Shown here: positions 39,202-50,093 of the stretch, one piece after another
Layout of the letters: each line of letters begins with the position of its first letter
Numbering within the stretch: the stretch's first letter is position 1
Source: Candidatus Latescibacterota bacterium
GTDB lineage: Bacteria > Latescibacterota > UBA2968 > SICM01
Direction: 5' to 3'
Assembly: GCA_965217865.1 (NCBI GenBank)
Contig: CBDCJO010000002.1
Coordinates: 5,536,001 to 5,600,000, forward strand
Length of the DNA stretch: 64,000 nt
Notes under the pieces: generated by a model
Databases searched by the model: none
Seen by the model: only the letters and a program-made list of their open reading frames with translations
What the model was told of the DNA's origin: nothing
Program-made: the position numbers and the translations under genes

Positions 39202-39233
39202 GAACGGCGGTGATTCAGACACCACCGCCGTTT
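39202..39233. terminator. Stem-loop just downstream of gatC
   Basis: AACGGCGGTG...CACCGCCGTT 10-bp stem; weak U-tract. Confidence 0.5.
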
Positions 39234-39234
39234 C

Positions 39235-39522
39235 TTATTCGATGACCTTGGGCACCCGGAAGTATCCTCGCCACTTGCTTGGCGCATTGGCGAGGAGTTC
39301 GTCCCTGGAAAGCGACGGAACCAGGACGTCCTCTCTAAATACGTTGCTGATCGGCAGGACGTGGGATGTTGGGGGAACCCCCTCCGTGTCGAGTTCATTC
39401 AACTTTTCCACGTAGTCCAAAATCCTGTTCAGCTCAACCACCATCCGGCCTTCCTCCTCAGGCGAAAAACTCAGCCTGGCGAGGCGGGCGACGTTCCGAA
39501 CTTCATCGAGGGTGACAGCCAT
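39235..39522 (-). CDS. gatC: Asp/Glu-tRNA amidotransferase subunit C
   Basis: Start MAVT at 39522 after GGAG; VARLARL, LNELDTEGVPPT and FRVPKVIE motifs. Confidence 0.95.
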   Translation of the reverse strand: MAVTLDEVRNVARLARLSFSPEEEGRMVVELNRILDYVEKLNELDTEGVPPTSHVLPISNVFREDVLVPSLSRDELLANAPSKWRGYFRVPKVIE

Positions 39523-39594
39523 TTCTCCTCCGTGACGGGGCCGATGGGATACGAACCAAAGGAACGTCACCACAATCAGAACCCAATAACAGAT

Positions 39595-41787
39595 CTATCC
39601 CGGCTCCAGACATGCGTATTTTACGATCACTTTCTTCTCAGCTCCCGTCGTGAATCGTATCGTCAACTTGGCATCCTGGCCGAATCCCGCCTTCTCCCGG
39701 ATCTGGCCCCTTCCCAATGTGGGATGAATGATCCAATTGCCCACGTTGAAAGGCAGGGAGTCCTCAAAGTCAAAGCCCTCCGGGGAGACATCGGATGGAA
39801 AAATACCCCTTCGCGCTACTATGTCATAACTCGCCCCCTCCGATCTGAAAATCCCGGAGGGCATGCGTTCGATCAAATGGGTGGGAACCTCCCCTATAAA
39901 TCGGGACGGAAGGCAATTCTCGCTACTCCCGTAACGACGTCTGTCAAGGGCATATGTCATGTATAGCCTTTCTTTCGCACGTGTGATCCCGACGTAGAAC
40001 AGCCTTCGTTCCTCTTCCAGGTCCTCAGGATCTTCCGCCATCCGGGAGACCGGAAACAGTCTCTCTTCGAGCCCGGTGATGAACACGACAGGAAACTCCA
40101 GTCCCTTGACGCTGTGGAGGGTCATTAGCGTTACCGCATCCGTCCGTTCGTCCCACTTGTCTATATCCGTCATCAGAGAAACTTCACGAAGAAATGCATC
40201 TATTGTTCCATCGTCCGCCCTCTCACTGAATTCCTCCATCGCAGACAGAAGTTCGCGAACGTTTTCGATGCGGTTCTCCGCCTCAACGCCTCCCCCCCCT
40301 TCCTCACGCAATGCTTCCAGGTAGCCGGTACGGGAGACGACAGCCTCCGCCAACCGGTGGAGGGGGATATGACCTTTCTCTTCGGTAAGGGCCATGATCA
40401 AGGAATAAAAGTTCTGTATGGCAACCAGCGGTTTACGAGCCAATTCGCTGATCTCCTCTGCACGCCCCATTGCCATCAGGATGGGGATACTTTTCAGATA
40501 CGAGAAATCCTCCACCTTCGCGAGCGACTGATTACCAATCCCCCGACGGGGAACATTCACGATTCGTCGGAAGCTGACCTTGTCCTTCGGGTTGGCAACG
40601 ACACGAAGATAGGCCAGGATGTCTTTGATTTCTTTTCGTTCATAGAAGCGTAATCCGCCCACAATCACATATGGGATTCCGGCTAATCGGAATTCGTCTT
40701 CCAACGCCCGAGATTGAGCATTCGTACGATAAAGAAGCACAAAGTCGCGTAGGTTCCTTCCATCTTTCCTCCGGGTGGTTCGAACGACGTCGACGATCTC
40801 TCTGGCCTCCTCGCGTTCGTTCGGGCATTGGATCAATTCAATTTTTTCACCACCCCCCCGATCCGTCCACAGCGTCTTCCCCTTTCTTCCCTTGTTGTTC
40901 GATATTACGGCGTTTCCAGCATCGAGAATCGTTTGCGTGGATCGGTAGTTCTGTTCAAGCCGGACAACCTTGGTATCCGGATAATCGCGCTCGAAATCCA
41001 GGATATTGCGGATGTCCGCTCCACGGAACCCGTAAATCGATTGATCGTCGTCTCCGACACAACAGATGTTGCGATGCCCGTCCGCGATCAACTTGGTCAG
41101 GAGGTATTGTGGACGGTTTGTATCCTGATACTCGTCGATCAAGACGTACTGGAATCTCTTCCGGTAACGGTCAAGAATCTCCTCGTTTCCCTCGAACATA
41201 TGGACCGGTTCCACGATCAAGTCATCGAAGTCGAGGGCATTGTTGTGCCGAAGCTCCTTTTGATATTGTACATAGACCCTGGCCACCGTCTGTTCGTAAA
41301 TATTTCCCGCGGAACGGGCGAACGCATCCGCTCCCACCATGGCATTCTTCGACCTGCTGATACGGCCAAGGACCTGACGGGGGGGATATTGCCGATCAGA
41401 GATCTCGAGGTCAGAAATGATTCTTCGAATGAGGGAACGCTGGTCTTCAGAATCGTATATGGCGAAATTTCTATCGAATTTGAGGTGGTCAGCTTCGATC
41501 CTGAGGATCCTGGCACACAGCGAGTGGAAAGTCCCGATCCACATCCCGCGGCTGGACCGTCCCAGCAAGGCTTCAACCCGGCCCTTCATCTCGCCCGCAG
41601 CCTTGTTCGTGAAGGTGAGGGCCAGGATCGACGAAGGGTTCGCCCGTTTCACCTCAATCAGATACGCAATCCGATGCACCAGAGCCCGGGTCTTGCCGGA
41701 CCCGGCTCCGGCCAGGATCAGAACCGGTCCTTTCACGGTTTCGACGACCAGACGCTGCGGGGAATTTAGTCCATCCAGGATTTTCAT
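39595..41787 (-). CDS. pcrA: ATP-dependent DNA helicase PcrA/UvrD
   Basis: AGAGSGKT, TFTNKAA, DEYQD, GDDDQSIY, NYRST, KGLEF and EERRLFYVGITRA motifs. Confidence 0.96.
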   Translation of the reverse strand: MKILDGLNSPQRLVVETVKGPVLILAGAGSGKTRALVHRIAYLIEVKRANPSSILALTFTNKAAGEMKGRVEALLGRSSRGMWIGTFHSLCARILRIEADHLKFDRNFAIYDSEDQRSLIRRIISDLEISDRQYPPRQVLGRISRSKNAMVGADAFARSAGNIYEQTVARVYVQYQKELRHNNALDFDDLIVEPVHMFEGNEEILDRYRKRFQYVLIDEYQDTNRPQYLLTKLIADGHRNICCVGDDDQSIYGFRGADIRNILDFERDYPDTKVVRLEQNYRSTQTILDAGNAVISNNKGRKGKTLWTDRGGGEKIELIQCPNEREEAREIVDVVRTTRRKDGRNLRDFVLLYRTNAQSRALEDEFRLAGIPYVIVGGLRFYERKEIKDILAYLRVVANPKDKVSFRRIVNVPRRGIGNQSLAKVEDFSYLKSIPILMAMGRAEEISELARKPLVAIQNFYSLIMALTEEKGHIPLHRLAEAVVSRTGYLEALREEGGGGVEAENRIENVRELLSAMEEFSERADDGTIDAFLREVSLMTDIDKWDERTDAVTLMTLHSVKGLEFPVVFITGLEERLFPVSRMAEDPEDLEEERRLFYVGITRAKERLYMTYALDRRRYGSSENCLPSRFIGEVPTHLIERMPSGIFRSEGASYDIVARRGIFPSDVSPEGFDFEDSLPFNVGNWIIHPTLGRGQIREKAGFGQDAKLTIRFTTGAEKKVIVKYACLEPG

Positions 41788-41898
41788 GGCCGGAATTCCA
41801 ATTTTTTCAAAGGGAGGCTAGGATGACCGAACTCGATATCTGACGTATAACGATTCCCCTCGGCGGATCATTCTTCCTTCCCGTTGATTCCGTATCCG

Positions 41899-42855
41899 CT
41901 ACCGGCTTCTCCGGATTCGATCTCGTGCACGATCGTGTTCCCTTTTGGTGCGGCTGAAAACGTGCCTTCCATCCCCACTGACCACGAAGTAGAGATAATT
42001 CGTATCATCCGGATTCAGTGCCGCGAGCAGGGAAGCACGTCCCGGGTTTGAAATCGGACCAGGAGGAAGCCCTTTGTGAAGATAGGTGTTGTAGGGGGAG
42101 TCCACCGCGATGTCAGAGTACAGCAGGCGAGCTTTGCGGACCCCCAATGCGTATTCCGCAGTCGGATCCGCCTGAAGGCGCATACCTTTTTTCAGCCGCC
42201 GATGGAAAACCCCCGATATCTTCCGACGTTCCTCCGCGACCCTCGCCTCCCGTTCAACGATTGAAGCCAGAGTGACAACCTGATGGACGGACATCCCCAG
42301 CCTCTCCCCCGCGAGCTGCATGTCTCGACCGAACACGCTCCAAAACTGACGAACCATCGAACGGGCAACACCGCGTTCATCCTGGTGATTCGAAAACCGG
42401 TATGTTTCTGGAAAGAGATATCCTTCCAGGCTCTCCGCTTCGACCCCCAATTCACGACAGAACCCTTGGTCAGTCCCAAGGGCAACAAACTTCCCAGCTT
42501 TGAGACCCGCCTCCCTTTCCAACAGATCCGCAATCTCCCTCAAGGTTAATCCCTCCGGGATTGTCACTTTCCGGGAGAGATCCCTCGCCTTCTTGAGCGA
42601 ATGGAGAATCGACATCGTCGTCCAATTCCCATTCACGTCGTGCAGACCTGCTTTGACTTTCCGACCAGCAGGCGAAATATTTGCCACGAAAACAAAAAAA
42701 GAGACGCTTTTGATAAGCCTCTCTCGTTTTAGCAACTCCCCTACCTCGCGGGTGGACATGCCTTTTTTGACAATAATCTCGCGGTAGAAGGACCGTGAGG
42801 CAACGGGCTGGTTCAATAAATAGGCGGTAAACAAAAGACCCAGCCAGATAATCAC
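41899..42855 (-). CDS. mltG: Endolytic transglycosylase MltG
   Basis: TIPEG, LEGYLFPETY, LASIVERE, LQADPT and SPYNTY..GLPPGPI motifs; the frame is open further upstream, so the start is uncertain. Confidence 0.95.
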   Translation of the reverse strand: MIIWLGLLFTAYLLNQPVASRSFYREIIVKKGMSTREVGELLKRERLIKSVSFFVFVANISPAGRKVKAGLHDVNGNWTTMSILHSLKKARDLSRKVTIPEGLTLREIADLLEREAGLKAGKFVALGTDQGFCRELGVEAESLEGYLFPETYRFSNHQDERGVARSMVRQFWSVFGRDMQLAGERLGMSVHQVVTLASIVEREARVAEERRKISGVFHRRLKKGMRLQADPTAEYALGVRKARLLYSDIAVDSPYNTYLHKGLPPGPISNPGRASLLAALNPDDTNYLYFVVSGDGRHVFSRTKREHDRARDRIRRSR

Positions 42856-42991
42856 GCAGGTGGCCGTCGCCAGCCAGATAGCCGATAAGCCTCGAAGCCG
42901 ATATCCGATCTGCGTCAGAATGGATCTCCATAGGTTGAGGTGAAACGCCTTCAGCCCACTTGGTGCAAATTAAGCTGCAATACAAAAACTT

Positions 42992-43426
42992 TTATTCCAC
43001 GATGTTCGCCTCCCCATCTTTGCTGATCAGGTATCCCTGTAAGATCAGTATGGCAGACATCCGATCCACCTCTCCCTTCCGTCCCCTGGTCCGAACCCCC
43101 ATTTCCTGCAGGGTGCGATTCGCCTCTACACTGGTCAGCCGCTCATCCCAGCGCCTTACAGGAAGGCCTGTCATGCGTTCCAGCCGCGATGCAAAATCCT
43201 CCACTTCTGCTGCCATCGGACCGGAAGTTCCATCCATGTTCAACGGGATTCCGAGGACGATCTCCCCAGCCTGGTGCTCATCCGCCGCCTTTGCCGCGGC
43301 GGCAACCGCCCCTTCCCGTGAACGGACCTGGGCGGTCGGAATTCCCCTGGCTGTGATTCCGCTAGGGTCGCTAATCGCCATCCCCAGGCGACGCCTGCCA
43401 TAGTCCAAGGCCAGAACCCGCCCCAT
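42992..43426 (-). CDS. yqgF: YqgF/RuvX pre-16S rRNA nuclease
   Basis: LALDYGRRRLGMAISD, GIP..MDG, DERLTS and VDRMSAILILQ motifs; start overlaps the upstream TGA. Confidence 0.93.
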   Translation of the reverse strand: MGRVLALDYGRRRLGMAISDPSGITARGIPTAQVRSREGAVAAAAKAADEHQAGEIVLGIPLNMDGTSGPMAAEVEDFASRLERMTGLPVRRWDERLTSVEANRTLQEMGVRTRGRKGEVDRMSAILILQGYLISKDGEANIVE

Positions 43427-44621
43427 CACAAATCTTTCAAATATACGGTTTTTCCGAATCGTTGACAAACCCGCCACAGTGCTTCAAAAGCGGCGTTTCT
43501 CACCGAGGTGTCGGAGTCATTCAGAATCTCGCAGAGGGACGGAATGGAACCGGCGTTTCCACATCGGCCCAATGCCTCACACGCTTTCAGACGAACCCCC
43601 AGTGCCGGGTCCCGGATCAATCCGGAGAGGGCATCGATCCCCCACCCCGCACCCACGCTGCCTAGTCCTTCGCAACTCTCCTCCCGCACCTCTTCGTCGC
43701 TGTCCAGGATCGCCTCGGCCAAAATTTCCTTCAGGTCGGAGGGCCGTTTAATGCACATCCCTCTCAAAGCTGCGCGCCTGACAGCGGATATGGGATCCTT
43801 CAAGGCGAATCGAACCGCATCCGTATAACGATCCCCTTCCATCCTGGCCAGGGCTTCGCACGTGGCTCGACGAACCGAGGAATATTCATCATCCTGGAGT
43901 ATACGGACAAGGACTTCTCCGGCCCGAGGGTTCCCAATCCAACCCAGAATCCCCACAGCCGCGGAGCGCACAAACGCATCTTTATCCCGGAGCGCTCGCA
44001 GCAATGGATCCATGGCAGAGGCCGGTCGGATCCGGATCAGCGCCCTGAATGCCTCCCTCCGAACCGCCCAGTCATCGTCTCGCAAGGACCGAATCAGGTG
44101 AGACACAGCGGAAGTTGAACCAATTCGCCCGATGGCTTCGCAAGCCGCCCGGCGCACTGAAGAATAGGTGTCCTTAAGGGTGACCATCAGAGGTTTAATC
44201 GCGGTTTCTGACACGATCAAGCCCAGTGCGGTGCAGGCTTCTCTTCGGACTGCCCAGTCCTCGTCCGAGAGCGCAGACATCAACGGTTCCTGAGCCTCTT
44301 TAGACCGCACAAGTCCCAGGGCTTTGATCACCCAGCACCTAACGGAGGAGTACTCGTCAGACAGGGCATCTAGCAGAGGAGGAACCACCCGATCGCCTCC
44401 GATATGGCCCAGGGTGAGCGCGGCCCCTGCTCGAACAGAGGACCTTCGATCATTCAGGGCTTCCAGCATCCTCTCAAAGACGATTTCAGAGCCGATTTGC
44501 CCGAGGGACCGACAAGCCGCAGCCCTTAAATGGGTATCATCCGACTCCCAGGGCTAACCTGAACAATGGATCGATCGCCTCTTCGATTCCGACCTGTCCC
44601 AACCCGCGACAAGCTGCTAGC

Positions 44622-46454
44622 CCCTATACAAGCGTGAATTTTTCTTGGTTTTAGTAGAAAAAAGTTGAAATGCCCCAGTTTTCAGGCCTATAGTTGTAGT
44701 ATGAAAGACAAAAAGAGGCCATCAAAAAGGGGCATTTCAGATGAGAGAATACAGGAAGATTCTTCGGAACAGGGAAGCACGAATTGTCCGTCGTTTGCGT
44801 CGGAAGCAGTGGTGCAGTCAGGTCAAGCCTATGATGTCTGGGGGAAACATCCACTACGAGATAAGTGGGAAGGCCGAGGCGATCACGTGTGGGGGGATCG
44901 GCGCGTTTCACCACCTGGTTCGCAGGGTTGGGCTGGTGAAAGAGATTGACCGTCATCTTCATCTTTTGAAAGTGCATTTGCCCTGTCACGAATCAGACCA
45001 CGTTCTGAACATCGCCTACAATGCGCTGGTTGGTGGTCAACGCCTTGAAGACATTGAGCTGCGCCGGCAGGATGCCACGTTCCTGAACGCTTTGGGCGCT
45101 CAGCGTCTCCCGGATCCGACCACAGCAGGCGACTTTACACGTCGTTTCCGGCCATCGGATATCGAGACGTTGATGGATTGCATCAACCGGGTGCGCACCC
45201 GGATCTGGAAAAAGCGCGCCAGGGGCGAACTCAAAGAAGCCCTCATCGACATCGACGGCACCCTGGCCACCACCCTCGGAGAACGCAAGCAGGGCATGGC
45301 CCTGTCATACAACGGTATCTGGGGATACCATCCTCTCGTGGTCTCTCTGGCGAACACCAGGGAGGTGTTGTTTCTTGTGAATCGACCCGGCAATGTGCCC
45401 AGCCACGACGGTGCCGTAAAGTGGATCGATCGCGCCATCGCGCTGGTCGCCCCTTTCGCCAAACGCATCTGCCTGCGCGGAGACACCGGCTTCTCACTCA
45501 CCCGGCACTTCGATCGTTGGTCGGAAAAGGTCGACTTCGTCTTCGGCATGGATGCTTACCGGGGATTGGTCAAGATCGCCAAATCCCTGTCACAGAGCGA
45601 TTGGGAGCCCTTTGAACGACAACCCAAATACCAGGTCAAGACCTCCCAGAGACAGAAACGCGAGAACGTGAAAGCCCGGATCATCCGGGAGCGCGGCTTC
45701 AAAAACATCCGACTTGCCAGTGAACGTGTTGCCGGGGTTTCGTATCGTCCTGCTCGATGCAGGAAGACCTGTCGACTCGTGATCCTCGAAAAGAACCTGA
45801 GCGTCGAACGCGGCGAAAACGCCCTGTTCGATGACAAGCGCTATTTCTTCTACATTACCACCCGAAAAGATCTTACGGCCGCGGAAATCGTGAGGCTGGC
45901 CAATCGACGGTGCGATCAGGAAAACGTGATTGAACAACTCAAGAACGGGGTCAACGCCATGCGGATGCCCGTCGACAACCTGATGAGCAACTGGGCTTAC
46001 ATGGTCATGACCGCCCTGGCGTGGAACCTCAAAGCCTGGTTCGCGTTGATGATCCGAAAGCGTGAGCGTCGCGATCAACTTCTGAGAATGGAGTTTCGCG
46101 CCTTCCTCCAGAATCTGATCTGGATCCCCTGCCAGATCGTGACCCGGGGAAGACAGATCATCTATCGTGTCTTGGGCTACAACCGGTGGATGACTGACTT
46201 CTTCCCGGCCTGGAACAGAATCAGATGGCTCAAACCGGCCTGACTGCCATGTCAGCACCTGTCGTCGTAACATCACAGGGACAAGTCCGTCCACCCCGGC
46301 TAAAACACGTCCGCAAACTCAGTTAATTAGACAATCGCATGCCGAAACAATCACAAAAACAGCCCAGACATCATCTCCACCAAGTCACAAGTCTGAAATG
46401 CTCCGAAATCTTGTATAACACACCGCTCAACAAGCCTATTCGCTTATTTTAGGG
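44622..46454 (+). mobile_element. IS1380 family insertion sequence (1833 bp)
   Basis: Imperfect terminal IRs CCCTATACAAGCGTGAAT / CCCTAAAATAAGCGAAT; direct repeats CTAGC at 44617-44621 and 46455-46459. Confidence 0.9.
44741..46243 (+). CDS. IS1380 family DDE transposase
   Basis: IDIDGT, GYHPL, LRGDTGF, ENVIEQLK and N.AYM..AWNL motifs. Confidence 0.92.
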   Translation: MREYRKILRNREARIVRRLRRKQWCSQVKPMMSGGNIHYEISGKAEAITCGGIGAFHHLVRRVGLVKEIDRHLHLLKVHLPCHESDHVLNIAYNALVGGQRLEDIELRRQDATFLNALGAQRLPDPTTAGDFTRRFRPSDIETLMDCINRVRTRIWKKRARGELKEALIDIDGTLATTLGERKQGMALSYNGIWGYHPLVVSLANTREVLFLVNRPGNVPSHDGAVKWIDRAIALVAPFAKRICLRGDTGFSLTRHFDRWSEKVDFVFGMDAYRGLVKIAKSLSQSDWEPFERQPKYQVKTSQRQKRENVKARIIRERGFKNIRLASERVAGVSYRPARCRKTCRLVILEKNLSVERGENALFDDKRYFFYITTRKDLTAAEIVRLANRRCDQENVIEQLKNGVNAMRMPVDNLMSNWAYMVMTALAWNLKAWFALMIRKRERRDQLLRMEFRAFLQNLIWIPCQIVTRGRQIIYRVLGYNRWMTDFFPAWNRIRWLKPA

Positions 46455-48492
46455 CTAGCCGAACGGACGGAATGGGGTCGTGAGCAGCCCTGTCACTTAA
46501 GGCGGCGACCGCAGCCTCGCCGCCGATCCGGCTCAGACCTTCGCATGCCTTCTCCCTCACTTCCGATTCTTCACTCTGAAACCTCTCGATGATCCCCGGG
46601 ACAACCTCCTCGGCCTCCATCTCGCTGAGCCGATCCAGGGCCCATCGACTCAGCAGCTCGTAACCATCCCCCAGGAATAGCCCAATCAGGGCCGAACATA
46701 CATCTCTCCGTATCGCGCCTTCCCCGACTCGACCGTGCGCAAGACACCTGGCCGCCATCTGCAAGGCCTCTCGGAACAATGTCTCTTCCTGGGATAACAC
46801 CGCCCGCAGGATGGGACTCATGTCCGGGGAGAGGCCCACACACCATATTAAAAGATAAAGACAGCCTTTATCCCGTAAGAGATCGATCAGCTTTCCTGAA
46901 TCGACATCATATGGAAGCTGGACCGGGGATGTCGGTGGGTCCTGAAGGCCTTCCGCAGATGGAAAAGGACGGTACAGATAAGATGGGACTTCAGGGTTTG
47001 CGATCCCGCAAATCTCTCGCGCCGCCAGGTAATCCCGGCATAAGGGATCACAGAACCTCCACCCCCCTCCTCGCCGGGGTTCGACAAGGCCCGATGAAAT
47101 CATGCCTCGTATCCATCTTCCGGGGTCCCAGCCATCGGAACGATCTATACCCAGAAGGGCCTTCTGGATCTGAATCTTAAAATCCTCTTTCGGATCTTCC
47201 CCCACGACCTCGGAAAGCGCCACCCGCTGCGCTGGAAGAAGACGATCGACTGCTGTCATCCCATTGGGGGCCTTCTGTTCTCCTGCTACTACGTCGGTGT
47301 ACTCCCGTAGAAGATTCAATCGTGAACCGGAAAGGTCGGTTCGATAGAGATGGACCAGCATCATCCGATGCAGGTGTCCGGGGGTTGCCGCAAGACGCCA
47401 TGTCCCGGGGCTCCTCCGAATGGCGGCCATAAAACTCGCAGCCTTTCGCAGAGACGTCCGTTCGATATCTCGTTCAGGTCGAAGAACCCTCTCGACCTCC
47501 CTGAACCACCTCCGGGCGATATGCTCTACCGCCGATTGTTTGATAGGGTCCAGACAGCATTCGATAAAACCAACCGGTGGAAAAACGACTTCGTGCGCAC
47601 GTTCGTCGATGCCAACAACACACCGAATGTTGGGATAGGCCTCCTTCCAGATCCCCGCCTGGCTCAAAACCTTCGACTGAAGATCCAATGAAAACGGATG
47701 ATCCGGACAGTCAAGGAGAAGGACAACCCGTCCATTTTCAAGGTATTGACCAAAGACGGTTTCGCTACTTCGGGATCCCCTGCCCATCCAGCCAGTGAAC
47801 ACAGGCCTTCTGGGGTTGCCTCGTTGCCTAAGAAGATCGACTCAAGCCCATCGGCCGGAACAAGAACCGGGAGGTAATTCCCTTCAAGATCCAGCCTCTG
47901 GGGCTCCAGCCGTTGAGCCATCGTCAGGGAGAGGAATCTCAATAGGGCAGTCTTGCCGGCTCCGTCTCCCCCGACCAGAACCAGGTGCCGATGACGACGA
48001 AGTGTGTCCCCCAGACTCATGTTCCGGTCCCTCTCTTCCTCCTCTTCTCCTCCCCCATCCTCCCCTTCCCCCTCCAATCCCTCCACCTTTCCGGTGAACC
48101 CATCTCGCCCGACAAGCGAAAGGGTCGGAGGCATGTAGATCGCTTCAAAACTCAACCGGAGGGGCCTCTCGCCTTCTAACGAAAGCCCCGGAGCAGCGGT
48201 CTCCGACAGCGATGCCTTGAGTCCGTTCAAGTAAACCTGAAGTTCGTCAAACTCCTCCGGAGGAGCCGGCCGGTGACGGAAGGCCGGGGGTTTTTGTGAA
48301 CTCTCATCCTCCGGGGTTCGGAATCGACAACCCAATGATTTAAAAATCACGGCACATCCCGGTGACTTAGTTGTAACTGGTTGATAACTTGAATATTACT
48401 CAACTTGATCGGGACATCAAAGAATCCCCATCATACCTTCATACTAAAATAGGACCCGTGAAGATCGAAGTCAAGCGGCAAACACGATCCAA

Positions 48493-49851
48493 TCACCACG
48501 ACTCGCCTCCGATGGCCTTCTCAAGCTCGGCCTCGACAATTCTAAGATCGTAGCGGGTCCGCACCCGGTTGCTTTGTGCTTCTGTGAAGCCGACCTGTGC
48601 ATCGAGGACCTCAAGAAGACGTCCTTTCCCCACCCTGTAGCGTTCTTCCGCAAGTCGCAGGTCTTCCTTGGCCAATTTAACGGTCCTTTCAGCAATCTTG
48701 AGGATCTTTTGAAGTCGAATCAGGTCCAGATATGCGGTTTTGACCTCCAGCGCGATCTCCCGTTCCCGCAACCGGAGATTTGTCCTGGCAATCTCGACGG
48801 CAGCCCTGGACTTGACGATGTTCGCCCCCTTCACCCCCCCATCAAAAAGGTTATAGGAGAGTGTCATCCCCACATTAAAACGGTAGTTTTTGTTCAAGTT
48901 CCCGAAAACCCGATCCAGGATCTCATTGTTTCGGCTGTAACTTACATTTCCCACCAGCCTGGGATGCCGGGCGCCGCGTACTTGCGCCAGATCGTACTCA
49001 GCAGCTACCAAGTCCTTTTTGAACCGTATCAAAAAAGGGCTCTTTTCTATCGCCCGGGCGACGAAGTCCGACTCATTCCCTTCCCACGACTTCATCTTTT
49101 CGGTTCCAGGGATCGGTGCAATATCCAGGGAGGCGTCGATCTCTTCGCCAAGGATGTGATTTAATCCTGCCTTTGCCAAAACAATGCCGTGTTGCGCATT
49201 GATCAGCTGCGCCTGGGTATTATCCAGCTCCACCGAGAGCCTCAATTCGTCTCTCTTCGTCGCTGTCCCGGCCTCCCGCCTGGCCTTTGTATCGGCCAGC
49301 TGCCTCTGGCTTAAACGCACCGACTCCTCCTGAACCGCCACGAGTTCCCTGGCCTTCAGCAGTTCGTAGTACCGACGACTGACCTCCAAGGTCACTTCAG
49401 CCTTTCTTGCCTCGAGTTGTTTCTCGGCGCTCTGGTAGCTTGTTTTGGATTTTCTCCAGGCATTAATCCGGCGTCCTCCGTCGTAGATCGTCTGGTTCAA
49501 AGAGGCGCTCAACGAAAAGGAATTTCTCGCGAACGCAGGGATCAACGTCTCTTCCTCCCGGAATATTCTTCGCCCCGTCAGAGGATCCACCTCATTCGTG
49601 GGATTCTCCTGGATCCGAACAGAAGGCCCCGTTGTCGAACGGACGAATCCAAACAGAGTTGCGTCCAGGGTGGGCATCAGGCCTGCGCGGGCGGCCTGCA
49701 CATCAGCGGCTGACCTGTCGACCCCATAATTTGCCGAGATCACATCCGCGTTTTTTTCGAGCGCGCGTTCGATACACTCCCTTAATGTCAGGGACTTTGC
49801 CTGTAGGGACGAGATACATAACATCAAGGACAACAGACTGACAAAGACCAT
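48493..49851 (-). CDS. TolC family outer membrane efflux protein
   Basis: Signal peptide; LTLRECIERALEKN, QTIYDGG, YNLFDGG and ERYRVG..LEVLDAQ motifs. Confidence 0.92.
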   Translation of the reverse strand: MVFVSLLSLMLCISSLQAKSLTLRECIERALEKNADVISANYGVDRSAADVQAARAGLMPTLDATLFGFVRSTTGPSVRIQENPTNEVDPLTGRRIFREEETLIPAFARNSFSLSASLNQTIYDGGRRINAWRKSKTSYQSAEKQLEARKAEVTLEVSRRYYELLKARELVAVQEESVRLSQRQLADTKARREAGTATKRDELRLSVELDNTQAQLINAQHGIVLAKAGLNHILGEEIDASLDIAPIPGTEKMKSWEGNESDFVARAIEKSPFLIRFKKDLVAAEYDLAQVRGARHPRLVGNVSYSRNNEILDRVFGNLNKNYRFNVGMTLSYNLFDGGVKGANIVKSRAAVEIARTNLRLREREIALEVKTAYLDLIRLQKILKIAERTVKLAKEDLRLAEERYRVGKGRLLEVLDAQVGFTEAQSNRVRTRYDLRIVEAELEKAIGGESW

Positions 49852-50093
49852 TTTAGACGCTCCGGTTTGATTGGGTCCTGAGATAGGCTTAACCGTTCGG
49901 GTGGGGCGATGGGGTGGAGGGAATTAAATTTTCCTCAGAGATCCTGCTTTTTTTTAAAATTAAAAAATTGCGGTTTGAAACGAACGTAATGGAATACCGG
50001 GACGAACGGGTAGAATTCGTGTCAGGGGTCAGATCCAGAATTCTGGATGGGGATTAAGGGGTTGACGATTGAGCCTGGGATGAGCGAAGCCGG

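Larger units (their letters stand above)
43426..48350 (-). pseudogene. NACHT/STAND NTPase + HEAT-repeat protein, interrupted by IS1380 and two frameshifts
   Basis: Walker A LVLVGGDGAGKT, LPVLV, Walker B VVLLLD, LAATP, RDYLAA, then about a dozen HEAT repeats; pieces are 47664-48350, 46444-47802 and 43426-~44616. Confidence 0.8.
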
